Assembly (NCBI GenBank): GCA_030041115.1
Contig: JASHOM010000097.1
Coordinates: forward strand, 1 to 61,383
DNA from: Vulcanimicrobiota bacterium
GTDB lineage: Bacteria; Vulcanimicrobiota; Vulcanimicrobiia; Vulcanimicrobiales; Vulcanimicrobiaceae
Length of the DNA stretch: 61,383 bases
Reading direction: 5' to 3'
Positions 29,481-37,561 of this stretch are shown here, in pieces (within the stretch, counting starts at the first letter, position 1; each line of letters starts with the position of its first letter). The position numbers were made by a program, and so were the translations under genes. A model generated the notes under the pieces. That model saw only the letters and a list, made by a program, of their open reading frames with translations, was not told the origin of the DNA and ran no database searches.

Positions 29481-30497
29481 CTACTGCGATTCGCCCACGG
29501 AAACCGTCACGCCGGTGACCTCCGGGTAACGAACGTCGCCCACGTTCTTTATCTGCCGACGCGGGACGCCACCTGCCGGATATCGCCACAGGAAAGCGTC
29601 CTCATAGCCTCGCTTGGCATAGCCGGTGCCGACGATCGTGCCGCCCTGAATCCAGGTCTGCCCATTGTAATGATTTTTTGAGCTGCTTACTTCCGTCGTG
29701 CCGGCGACCGTTGCGCTGCTTCCCGAAATACGCAGCCGGTAGATCAGCACCGGCTTACGGTTAGGGTAGGAAGTTACCGTCACATATTTTCCGTCCCATT
29801 GCACCGATGGCAAAAGCGTATAGGTGTAGATTTTTTCGTTGAAAGCGATCTGTTCAAATTCGCTACTGCCGGCTGCTAATCGCACTAGCTGCGCTTGATC
29901 TCCATTATACTGACTCGGCGCCGAGAGATAAAGGTTTCCTTTATTGTCGTAACCGCAGTAATAGAAGCCAGAGTTCGAGCTGTAATACATCTTCGGACTT
30001 CCCGAAGCATCCTTGAATATCGCAACACCGTCTCCGGATGCCGCCAGGTTGCCCGTCGTCGGATCAACGGCGCAACCGAAAGCCGCGACCGGATCGCTCA
30101 GCGTCGCAACGGGGCTCGTACCACCGTGGGCGTACTCGTAAATGGTGTGCGATGAGCTGGAGGAAGTAACCACGAATACGTCGCCCGCGGAGTCGGTACA
30201 CTCGCCATACGGCTGCGAGAAGCCCGTTAACGTTCCAACGAGGTGCCCATCGGGATACGTATAGACGTAAACGTCTCCACTGTAGCTGTCCACGACCAGC
30301 CCAGCCGCAACGTAAAGCAGACTCTGGCTCGAAGCGTTGCGCTCCATCCACGACCCCGGAGCGCGCTCAGCTAAGCTTGGCATTGCGCCTTGCGGGCCGC
30401 CGGCGGCCGGCGTCGCGTGCGAGATGCATCCGGACAACACCGCCGCACCGTAGATGCCTACCGCATAACGCTCGAAATGACGAATTCGCATTGCCAT
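29481..30497 (-). CDS. Beta-propeller lipoprotein, paralog B
   Basis: ATG 30497 preceded by GAGGAG: MAMRIRHFERYAVGIYGAAVLSGC (lipobox). Shared blocks: YVYTYPDGHLVGTLTGF, GECTDSAGDVFVV, IYEYAHGGTSPVATL, GCAVDPTTGNLAA, YYCGYDNKGNLYL, VQWDGKYVTV, WRYPAGG. Confidence 0.65.
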   Translation of the reverse strand: MAMRIRHFERYAVGIYGAAVLSGCISHATPAAGGPQGAMPSLAERAPGSWMERNASSQSLLYVAAGLVVDSYSGDVYVYTYPDGHLVGTLTGFSQPYGECTDSAGDVFVVTSSSSSHTIYEYAHGGTSPVATLSDPVAAFGCAVDPTTGNLAASGDGVAIFKDASGSPKMYYSSNSGFYYCGYDNKGNLYLSAPSQYNGDQAQLVRLAAGSSEFEQIAFNEKIYTYTLLPSVQWDGKYVTVTSYPNRKPVLIYRLRISGSSATVAGTTEVSSSKNHYNGQTWIQGGTIVGTGYAKRGYEDAFLWRYPAGGVPRRQIKNVGDVRYPEVTGVTVSVGESQ

Positions 30498-30507
30498 TGC
30501 TCCTCGT

Positions 30508-30804
30508 TTATTTGCCGATCCACGAGAAATATGTTGGCGTTCCGCTGAAGTAGATGTCGTCGCTGGTGTGCCCGCCACCACCCGCAGGGTCCACACAATT
30601 AAAGAACCACGAGCTTCCTGGCCCGGTCGGGGTAATGAGGAAATGAAAGAATGCCGACCCACTCATGCTGCCCAAGACTCCGCCGCCGCCCGACCCGTCG
30701 ATGTCGCATTGGTCCGGAACGGTAAACCCGCTCGATGAGGCGACTACGGGAAAGGTTTGCTGCGGAATAAATGGTCTCCCGCCAACGGGATTTGCTTGAC
30801 TCAT
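30508..30804 (-). CDS. Short ORF equal to an internally deleted derivative of the beta-helix gene at 35894-37534 (possibly a pseudogene)
   Basis: MSQANPVGGRPFIPQQTFPVVASSSGFTVPDQCDIDGSGGGGVLG...FFHFLITP...WFFNCV...YFSGTPTYFSWIGK aligns to residues ~83-150 and to the last ~15 residues of the 546-aa protein. The stop lies 8 nt before the ATG of paralog B. The track ORF starts at TTG 30870. Confidence 0.4.
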   Translation of the reverse strand: MSQANPVGGRPFIPQQTFPVVASSSGFTVPDQCDIDGSGGGGVLGSMSGSAFFHFLITPTGPGSSWFFNCVDPAGGGGHTSDDIYFSGTPTYFSWIGK

Positions 30805-30943
30805 CGCCTCTAGCAGGCACTTAACGCCGAGGTAGGCGTCGCTGCCGGCTGCACGATATAGTAACCGCAACCGGGCACTTCGCTTCGATCGGGGGGGCCT
30901 CCACGTCGCCAGCGCTACCTCGGCGACCTCGTGGAATCGCCGG

Positions 30944-31645
30944 CTAGACGGTCGCCTTCACGCGATTGGGATCGACCTTCACGCCCGGGCCCATCGTACT
31001 TGCTAGGGTGACGCTGCGAAGGTATGTTCCTTTCGCGGCCGACGGCTTTGCGCGGACGATGGCGTCGAGCAGGGTCGTCACGTTTTCGACGAGTTGGGCC
31101 TCCTCGAAACTGGCTTTGCCGACGATCGTGTGGATGATGCCCGTCTTGTCCAGGCGAAACTCGACTTTGCCGGCCTTGATGTCGCGAATCGCGTTGCCGA
31201 CGTTCGGCGTCACGGTTCCCGCTTTGGGATTCGGCATCTTCTGCGCCAAGATGCGGCCCAGCTCTTTGCCGACCTGAGCCATCATGTCGGGCGTTGCGAC
31301 GGCGACGTCGAACTCGCTAAAGCCCCCTTTGACCTTGTCGATGAGATCTTGATCGCCCACAAAGTCCGCGCCGGCTTCCTGCGCGGCCTTCGCATTATCG
31401 CCCTTTGCAAAGGCGATCACGCGCACCGAGCGTCCGGTTCCGTGCGGCAGCAGGACGGTACCGCGTACGCTTTGATCGCTCTTTTTCGGATCGACGCCGA
31501 GCCGCACGTGCGCCTCAACCGTCTCGTTGAACTTGGCGTTGGCGTTTTTCTTGACGACCGCTACCGCCTCCGGCGTCGAGAACAGCCGGCGGCGGTCGAA
31601 CCCTTGGACCAGCGTTTTGAAGCGCTTTCCGTGATGTTGCGCCAT
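30944..31645 (-). CDS. rplA: 50S ribosomal protein L1
   Basis: ATG 31645: [18 protein letters not shown]...[35 protein letters not shown]. Confidence 0.9.
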   Translation of the reverse strand: MAQHHGKRFKTLVQGFDRRRLFSTPEAVAVVKKNANAKFNETVEAHVRLGVDPKKSDQSVRGTVLLPHGTGRSVRVIAFAKGDNAKAAQEAGADFVGDQDLIDKVKGGFSEFDVAVATPDMMAQVGKELGRILAQKMPNPKAGTVTPNVGNAIRDIKAGKVEFRLDKTGIIHTIVGKASFEEAQLVENVTTLLDAIVRAKPSAAKGTYLRSVTLASTMGPGVKVDPNRVKATV

Positions 31646-31646
31646 C

Positions 31647-32072
31647 CTACGCCTCCACCTCGACACCCATCGATCGCGCCGTGCCCGCGACGATCTTCTT
31701 CGCCGCTTCCATATCGTTGGCGTTGATGTCGGGCATCTTCACCTTGGCGATCTCTTCGAGTTGCTTCTGGGTTAGCTTGCCGACCTTGTTACGGTTGGGT
31801 TCTTTGCTCCCGGACTCGATCTTGAGCGCCTGTTTGATGAGAAATGACGCCGGCGGGGTCTTGGTGATGAACGTAAACGTCCGATCTTCAAAGACCGTAA
31901 TCTCGACGGGAACGATCATCCCGGCCTGCGACGCGGTACGCTCGTTGTACTGCCTGCAGAAATCCATGATGTTGAGCGAGTATGGTCCGAGCGCGGGACC
32001 GATCGGAGGTGCCGGCGTCGCTTTGCCGGCGGGAATTTGCAGGCCGATCTTGCCTACGACCTTTTTAGCCAC
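31647..32072 (-). CDS. rplK: 50S ribosomal protein L11
   Basis: [49 protein letters not shown] start. Confidence 0.95.
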   Translation of the reverse strand: MAKKVVGKIGLQIPAGKATPAPPIGPALGPYSLNIMDFCRQYNERTASQAGMIVPVEITVFEDRTFTFITKTPPASFLIKQALKIESGSKEPNRNKVGKLTQKQLEEIAKVKMPDINANDMEAAKKIVAGTARSMGVEVEA

Positions 32073-32192
32073 GAATTATCTCCTATTCGAAACGAGTTTC
32101 TCCCCCTACGTTGTGCTTACGAGCGTCGGGGTGTGCGCTCGCGCCTTTCCAGCCCCCGCCTTGTCATCCTGAGCTTGTCGAAGGACCGTCGC

Positions 32193-32894
32193 TTAAACTT
32201 TTTCGACTTGGAAGAACTCTAGTTCGACGGGCGTTTCGCGGCCGAAGATCGAGATGAGCGCGCGCAAGCGTTCCTTCTCCGGCGCAATCTCGTCGACGAC
32301 GCCGGTGAAATCGAAGAACGGACCCGACGTCACCTTGACGCGGTCGCCCTTCTTGAAGTCGATCTTCAGTTTCGGCGCCTCGATGCCCATCTGCTTGAGA
32401 ATGGTCTTTACTTCTTTTTCTTGCAGCGGCACGGGCTTCTCGCCTGGGCCGGGGCTGCCGACGAATCCCGTCACGCCTTGCGTGTTGCGCACGACGTACC
32501 ACGACTGATCGTCCATGATCATCTCGACGAGAACGTAGCCCGGAAAGACCTTCTTCGGAGTGATCTTACGCTTGCCGTCTTTGAATTCGACCTCGTCCTC
32601 CATCGGAACGAGCACGCGAAAGATCTTGTCCTGCATCCCCATCGAATGAATGCGCCGCTCGAGGTTTGCCTTGACCTTGTTCTCGTAGCCGGAATAGGTG
32701 TGAACCACGAACCAGTTTCGGTTGTCCTTGGGACGCGGCGCGAAGGGTTCTTCGGTCTCGGGCTCCTCGCTGACGGCATCCTGCGCGACCTCTTCGATCG
32801 TTTCGGAAAGATCGCCCATTTCGAGGTCGTCGATGATCGCTTTTTCGACCAACGGCTGTTCCGTACCGAGTTCTTGGTGTTCGATGTCGTACAT
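32193..32894 (-). CDS. nusG: Transcription termination/antitermination factor NusG with an acidic N-terminal extension
   Basis: NWFVVHTYSGYENKVKANLERRI (NGN) and FKKGDRVKVTSGPFFDFTGVVDEI (KOW). ATG 32894 lies 6 nt after the secE stop codon. Confidence 0.9.
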   Translation of the reverse strand: MYDIEHQELGTEQPLVEKAIIDDLEMGDLSETIEEVAQDAVSEEPETEEPFAPRPKDNRNWFVVHTYSGYENKVKANLERRIHSMGMQDKIFRVLVPMEDEVEFKDGKRKITPKKVFPGYVLVEMIMDDQSWYVVRNTQGVTGFVGSPGPGEKPVPLQEKEVKTILKQMGIEAPKLKIDFKKGDRVKVTSGPFFDFTGVVDEIAPEKERLRALISIFGRETPVELEFFQVEKV

Positions 32895-32902
32895 GCCGTG
32901 CG

Positions 32903-33136
32903 CTATTGCGTAAGACCCGTCACGCTGGGATGGATCACGTTGAAGAGCCATCCGAAGAGCTGGTCGAGGATGAAGGTGAACAGTCCGATGCCTACGACCA
33001 AAACGACCGTCAGCACGGTCGCTGAGATCCATTCTTCCCGCGTCGGCCAGGTCACGCGCCGAAGCTCCGCGATGACTCCGCGGACGAAATCGCCGCCCGC
33101 AAGCGACTGGGCCGTTCTCTTCTGCTGTTCGTTCAC
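32903..33136 (-). CDS. secE: Preprotein translocase subunit SecE
   Basis: GTG 33136: ...FVRGVIAELRRVTWPTREEWISATVLTVVLVVGIGLFTFILD, a single C-terminal TM. Conserved position between tRNA-Trp and nusG. The longer ORF overlaps the tRNA. Confidence 0.75.
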   Translation of the reverse strand: MNEQQKRTAQSLAGGDFVRGVIAELRRVTWPTREEWISATVLTVVLVVGIGLFTFILDQLFGWLFNVIHPSVTGLTQ

Positions 33137-33181
33137 CAAAGGTTCACTTCCAAAAAACTTTACCCTGAACTTGTCAAGGGG

Positions 33182-33257
33182 TGGCAGGGCGGACAGGACT
33201 CGAACCTGCAACAACTGGTTTTGGAGACCAGGACTCTACCAATTGAGCTACCGCCCT
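33182..33257 (-). tRNA. tRNA-Trp (anticodon CCA), CCA end encoded
   Basis: AGGGCGGTAGCTCAATTGGTAGAGTCCTGGTCTCCAAAACCAGTTGTTGCAGGTTCGAGTCCTGTCCGCCCTGCCA folds into a clean cloverleaf with anticodon loop CTCCAAA. Confidence 0.9.
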
Positions 33258-33420
33258 ATCGCGTCTCCCTGTGCGGCTTATGGCAGCGGCAAAAGCGGCA
33301 GTATTTGCTGAGCTCCAGCCGGTCCGTGGTCTTCGTTTTGTTTTTCTGCGTGTTGTAATTGCGGCGCTTGCACTGGGTGCAGGCAAGAACCACCATCACG
33401 CGCGTCTCTTTCTTTGCCAT
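33256..33420 (-). CDS. rpmG: 50S ribosomal protein L33
   Basis: Hand translation (below the 60-aa ORF-track cut-off): [54 protein letters not shown], with two CxxC pairs. Confidence 0.85.
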   Translation of the reverse strand: MAKKETRVMVVLACTQCKRRNYNTQKNKTKTTDRLELSKYCRFCRCHKPHRETR

Positions 33421-33538
33421 CAGTAGTCTACCACAACATGAATAAAACGGACCGGCGGTCCGTTCCAGAAACCCATGCTAGCACACCCGTCCTCGGCTCG
33501 CAACGGGTGCCTCGGGCCATCAAAGCAAGCAAGCGTCG

Positions 33539-33613
33539 TGCGCCCGGCCAGAATCGAACTGGCAACCTTGGGCTTAGGAGTCCCCTGCTCTATCCAGTTT
33601 GAGCTACGGGCGC
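33539..33613 (-). tRNA. tRNA, best read as tRNA-Arg (anticodon CCU); atypical anticodon stem
   Basis: GCGCCCGTAGCTCAAACTGGATAGAGCAGGGGACTCCTAAGCCCAAGGTTGCCAGTTCGATTCTGGCCGGGCGCA. The acceptor, D and T arms pair perfectly. The anticodon arm GGGGA/CTCCTAA/GCCCA has only 3 Watson-Crick pairs. Confidence 0.6.
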
Positions 33614-33669
33614 GCAGGGTGATTTTGCTTATTCTACGAGACTTTTCTTGCTTCTGTTAATGTTTGCCG

Positions 33670-33928
33670 GGTTCGGCGTCGGTTGCCGCGAGATTCTCGC
33701 CGGCCGCCCGACGAGCCGCTACGATCGCGCCTTCGATTTAGACGACGGCACCCTCCTGGGCGCCCGCAACCAAACATGGCCGCAGACATTCAGCGTCGTT
33801 GCGGCGAGCGCATGCCCGAGAACCGCCGTCACTGTTCTGAGGTCGTTCTCGGCCTGGGAGCGCTTGCGTCGCGCGAAGCGGCTCTTGAACGCTCCAGGAC
33901 CTGAGCGCTCTCGATCGGGGGGCAACAC
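33670..33928 (-). pseudogene. Relic of the 3' end of a tyrosine recombinase (phage-type integrase) gene
   Basis: Minus-strand translation ...AFKSRFARRKRSQAENDLRTVTAVLGHALAATTLNVCGHVW matches the integrase box II / C-terminal pattern (..LRTVQ.LLGHSSIATT..YGHV.). The catalytic Tyr codon reads TGC (Cys). The tail continues only after a frame change and a stop. No N-terminal part is present. Confidence 0.55.
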
Positions 33929-33930
33929 CC

Positions 33931-34200
33931 GACGCTCCAGCAGCGGATGCGGTCGGGCGCCGAAACCTCGCCGATACTAAAGCCAGCCTCAGCAGCCCAG
34001 CATACAAAGCCTCCGGTTCGCTGCTCTTCGTGGCCAACTCCGCCCTGAACGAACGACCGCTGACCATTTACAATGCTCGTGCGGATAATCCCAAGCCGAT
34101 CGCTACGATAAGCAAGGATATCTACAGCTCTAGAGGGGTCTGCATCGACAGCGAAGGCACGCTTTACGTTACCAACGCCGGCAACGGAGTGGCCAGGGGT
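33931..34200 (+). pseudogene. 5' fragment of an NHL-repeat lipoprotein gene (paralog of 38359-39321), lacking a signal peptide and truncated by the IS110 relic
   Basis: Translation ...GSLLFVANSALNERPLTIYNARADNPKPIATISKDIYSSRGVCIDSEGTLYVTNAGNG parallels EPLLYVGNISGYDDVKVYPANAKDPSPIEVISTDLDAPTGDCIDGAGTLYVVNEPPG of the intact gene. Similarity ends at about 34195. Confidence 0.5.
33932..33975 (+). repeat. Copy 1 of a 44-bp near-identical repeat (partner at 38316-38359)
   Basis: ACGCTCCAGCAGCGGATGCGGTCGGGCGCCGAAACCTCGCCGAT versus the same string with a single A/C difference. Weaker similarity extends ~20 bp upstream. Confidence 0.8.
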
Positions 34201-34725
34201 GTCGAACCGCCGACCGGACTTGAGCGTTCCGTACGCCAAGATGAGGAGGCGTCGCATGACGGCAACGATGATCTGCTTGCCGCGCTTGCCCGCACGACGC
34301 AGCTGGTCGGCAAAAGCCTTGAGGGTGGGGATTGCTGCGGATCGCAGCCATTGCCGGCATGGAGAGCATGCGTCGCAGATGGGCATTGCCTGTCTTGGAC
34401 AGCCACGACGCCGAAACGGACCTGCCCGAACGAACCTCACGCGGGCACAGTCCAGCAAACGCAGACAGCGCCTTCGCATTGCGAAACTCGGTGATACGTG
34501 GAATCTCCCCAAGAATCGTGACGGCGAGGCGCTCGCCGATGCCCGGGATCGACGTCAACAGTTCGCGCCGTTCTCGCAGCGTCGGGTCGTTATCGATGAT
34601 CGAGCGGATCTGCGCGTCAATGTCGTCGATCTGGCGGTCCAGGAAAGCAATCGTTGCCTCAAGCGATTCTCGAACGTCGGCCGCCCCCGGAGCACCGAGC
34701 CGATTCGACTCTTGGCAACGGCGGC
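34200..34725 (-). mobile_element. IS110-family transposase relic (C-terminal half only, frameshifted)
   Basis: Minus strand: ...SLEATIAFLDRQIDDIDAQIRSIIDNDPTLRERRELLTSIPGIGERLAVTILGEIPRITEFRNAKALSAFAGLCPREVRSGRSV...SKTGNAHLRRMLSMPAMAAIRSNP. A second frame continues TLKAFADQLRRAGKRGKQIIVAVMRRLLILAYGTLKSGRRFD (Transposase_20 pattern). An in-frame TAA lies at ~34728, and there is no DEDD N-terminal domain. Confidence 0.7.
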
Positions 34726-34827
34726 ATTATCCTGAACCCACCGGCACAATTAAACTGGAGCGCGCGGCTCGGTTCCCTGTTCCAGCCGGCAAAACGTAGT
34801 CGAGGCGACGCGGTCGGGAGCCGGGTG

Positions 34828-35868
34828 CTAATGCGATGATGGAATTGAAACGGTTACACCGTAGAACGTGCCTATGTCTTTTGCCGGGACATCGCCGATC
34901 TTACGTGCGGGTTTGCCTCCCTTTGGGTAACGCCAGACCCCAACATGCCCGGTCCCCCTGTAATAATAGACTCCAAGGATCCGCTTCCCCTGAATCCAGC
35001 TCTGACCGGCGTGATTGTTATTGCGCGTCTCCAGCTTCGCAGTGCCAATCACCTTAGCGTCGCTTCCCGTGATTTCTAAGCGGAATACCGAGACGAGTCC
35101 ACTCGCGTGTCCTTCGTCGCTCGGGACCGAGGAAATCGTCACGTCCTTTCCATCCCATTGGACTGAGGGCAGAAATCCGATGTGGGCGTAGATTGCATGG
35201 TTGAGGTTAATCGCGTCGATGGAGCCGCTGCCGTGAGCCAGACGAGCCAGCCCTAGGCGAGGCGCCGAGCCGATGCTCACCGGCAGGTACAGATTTCCTT
35301 TCTCATCGTATCCGCAGAAACCGTAAGGCGACATGTCTGAAGTGGTGTAATACAGCGTTGGATTGCCCCGAGCTCCGGCGTAGATCGCCACGCTTCCGAG
35401 ATTTGCTGCGGCTAGATTTCCCGTGGTGGGATCAACGGCACAGCCCCAAGCCTTGCCGGGATCGCCGAGCGTTGCAATCGGGCTAGTACCACCGTGCGCG
35501 TACTCGTAGATCGTGCTTGCATTGCGCGAACTGTTCACATATGCGGTAATGAACACGTCGCCGTCAGAATCGGAGCACTCACCGGCCGGACCGACAAAAC
35601 CCGTGAGAGTGCCGACGAGTTCGCCCTGCGGATAGCTATAAACGTAAACATATCCGCTGTAAAAATTCGAAACGTAGAGCAGATCCCCGCCCGACACGCT
35701 GGCTCTCATCCAGGATCGCCCAAGAGCCTGACGTTCTCCCGGTGGGAACACCGCGCCGCCCGCGGCAGCGCCCGGGATCGCCGCAGTGCGCTCACCTCCG
35801 CAGCCTGAGAGCAATGCCACACTTGCACAAATGCTGACCGCGTCGCGGCCTAAATTAAGCCATCCCAT
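34828..35868 (-). CDS. Beta-propeller lipoprotein, paralog C
   Basis: ATG 35868 preceded by GGAGAGGGGAAGG: MGWLNLGRDAVSICASVALLSGCGG. Shared blocks: YVYVYSYPQGELVGTLTGF, GECSDSDGDVFI, IYEYAHGGTSPIATL, GCAVDPTTGNLAA, FCGYDEKGNLYL, VQWDGKDVTI, WRYPKGG. Confidence 0.65.
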   Translation of the reverse strand: MGWLNLGRDAVSICASVALLSGCGGERTAAIPGAAAGGAVFPPGERQALGRSWMRASVSGGDLLYVSNFYSGYVYVYSYPQGELVGTLTGFVGPAGECSDSDGDVFITAYVNSSRNASTIYEYAHGGTSPIATLGDPGKAWGCAVDPTTGNLAAANLGSVAIYAGARGNPTLYYTTSDMSPYGFCGYDEKGNLYLPVSIGSAPRLGLARLAHGSGSIDAINLNHAIYAHIGFLPSVQWDGKDVTISSVPSDEGHASGLVSVFRLEITGSDAKVIGTAKLETRNNNHAGQSWIQGKRILGVYYYRGTGHVGVWRYPKGGKPARKIGDVPAKDIGTFYGVTVSIPSSH

Positions 35869-35893
35869 CCTGCCTTCCCCTCTCCTAGTCATT

Positions 35894-37534
35894 TCACTTG
35901 CCGATCCACTGGAATACCAACGGCGCGCCACTGAAATAGAAGCTGTCGTACGGACTTGGCAAAAAAATTATCCCGGAATTCATACTGATTCCTTGTCCAA
36001 ACACGTAAACGGTGACGGGGGTGCTGTTCGTGAACATGAAAAGCGACGGCCCGAAGTATGGAGTCGAACACGTTGCGGCGCTGACAGCCTGACCTGAACC
36101 GACCGGCGGAACTCCGCCATTCAGCGCCGTCCCCACATCGTTGTAGCCGTGGCAGTTCGTTATAAAGAGCCCATTGCTGGCGATGGCTCCGGTGACACTC
36201 ACGGGACTGCCAGAGTATCCGTACATGTCGCACGAATCAACCGTCACCGTGCCGGCGGGACTCCCCGAAACCTCCAACGCGTAGAGTTGGCTCCTTACAT
36301 TTTGCGCGTTGTCGTATTTTGGCCGGAGGTTCGCCCCCAAAATCGTCACGTCGCCGCAGGCTCCGGTTATCGCGACCCCCGCGGACGCTGTGCCGTTACC
36401 GGAATACATGCCTCCGATCACGCGGATGTTCTGCCCCGTGTTAATCTCTAGCCCGTGACCGAGTCCCTGATAGATCGTCAGGTTGTCGAGCTCAATGTCA
36501 CTAACGTTTTTGTTCGCTCCGCCGTTGGTGCCAATATAGAATAGCGATTCCGCGTAGGTCGAGTCCGCGCTGAGCGAGAACGTACAGCTCTCATATTTAT
36601 CGCCGAAGATTGTCCCGTCAGAACCAGGCGGCATCATATAAACGCACCTTTGATTTGCGTCACACTCGATTTTCGAGAAGTGGCCGAACTTCGTAGCTCC
36701 GCCGGCCAGGCTGTAGTTTATTCCAAAGTCAAACGAGGATATGTGCATATTGGAAACGACGACGTGCTCGGTGCCGTTCTCAACTGCAATGGCTGTGCAT
36801 CCGGTCGGATCGCCAAGCGTGTCCTGCATAAAAACGCTCGGGCCTATTACGAAGGTTTGCACAGCTCCAAGGATCACCATCGTGGCATTTGCTGGCGAGC
36901 CAGATTGATATTGGATCGTGCACCGAACCAAGCCGCACGAGTTAGCCTGCGCGTTGAACGCTACGGGACAGTTTACGAAATTGCAATCGACCGCTTGGCA
37001 GTTCCACACGCTGGCATAAATGCACGTGTCCGCTGATGTCGGCGTGGGACTATTGCCCCACTCGAACGCTAGGCCGCAGAAATATACGCCGCCGCTGGTG
37101 TGCCCCGAGGTTACGCAGTTAAAGAGATAGCTTTGCGTATCGTCGCCGTAGGGAGTTACGGTGAAGTGGTAAAAGGTGTTGCTACCGGCGAGTCCGCCGC
37201 CTCCCGATCCGGTGATTTGGCACTGGTCAGGGACGCTGTAGCCAGCAGGCGTTGCACTTACTGTAAAGGCCTGCTGCGGGATGAATGCCAACCCGCCGCT
37301 CGCGATCATTGTCGCACTAGGACTGGCCATTACGCCGAGCATGGTGCTCAACGCCGTACTGGCGTTCTTGCCCTCGAGCAAGTACCAGTAGCCAAAATTA
37401 TAAATCGACATGTCCTCGAAGTCGCAGTCGTAGGCGATCGACGTAGAACAACGCGGCTGGCGATCCTGGAGCAACTCAGCCTCGCGGAGAGCCACCTTAT
37501 CAAGCGGTGATCGCCAAAGCGACAATATTTCCAT
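35894..37534 (-). CDS. Cys-rich right-handed beta-helix (tailspike / pectate-lyase-fold-like) protein without a signal peptide
   Basis: 546 aa. Repetitive beta-helix-like rungs (VVVSNMHISSFDFGINY, IELDNLTIYQGLGHGLEINTGQNIRVIGGMYSGNG, VTILGANL, LFITNCHGYNDVG). C-terminal FGPSLFMFTNSTPVTVYVFGQGIS...FSGAPLVFQWIGK. GGGAAGGA lies 7 nt before the ATG. Family assignment is by eye only. Confidence 0.6.
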   Translation of the reverse strand: MEILSLWRSPLDKVALREAELLQDRQPRCSTSIAYDCDFEDMSIYNFGYWYLLEGKNASTALSTMLGVMASPSATMIASGGLAFIPQQAFTVSATPAGYSVPDQCQITGSGGGGLAGSNTFYHFTVTPYGDDTQSYLFNCVTSGHTSGGVYFCGLAFEWGNSPTPTSADTCIYASVWNCQAVDCNFVNCPVAFNAQANSCGLVRCTIQYQSGSPANATMVILGAVQTFVIGPSVFMQDTLGDPTGCTAIAVENGTEHVVVSNMHISSFDFGINYSLAGGATKFGHFSKIECDANQRCVYMMPPGSDGTIFGDKYESCTFSLSADSTYAESLFYIGTNGGANKNVSDIELDNLTIYQGLGHGLEINTGQNIRVIGGMYSGNGTASAGVAITGACGDVTILGANLRPKYDNAQNVRSQLYALEVSGSPAGTVTVDSCDMYGYSGSPVSVTGAIASNGLFITNCHGYNDVGTALNGGVPPVGSGQAVSAATCSTPYFGPSLFMFTNSTPVTVYVFGQGISMNSGIIFLPSPYDSFYFSGAPLVFQWIGK

Positions 37535-37561
37535 CGTAAGTCCTTCCCTGTCGAGCCGCGG

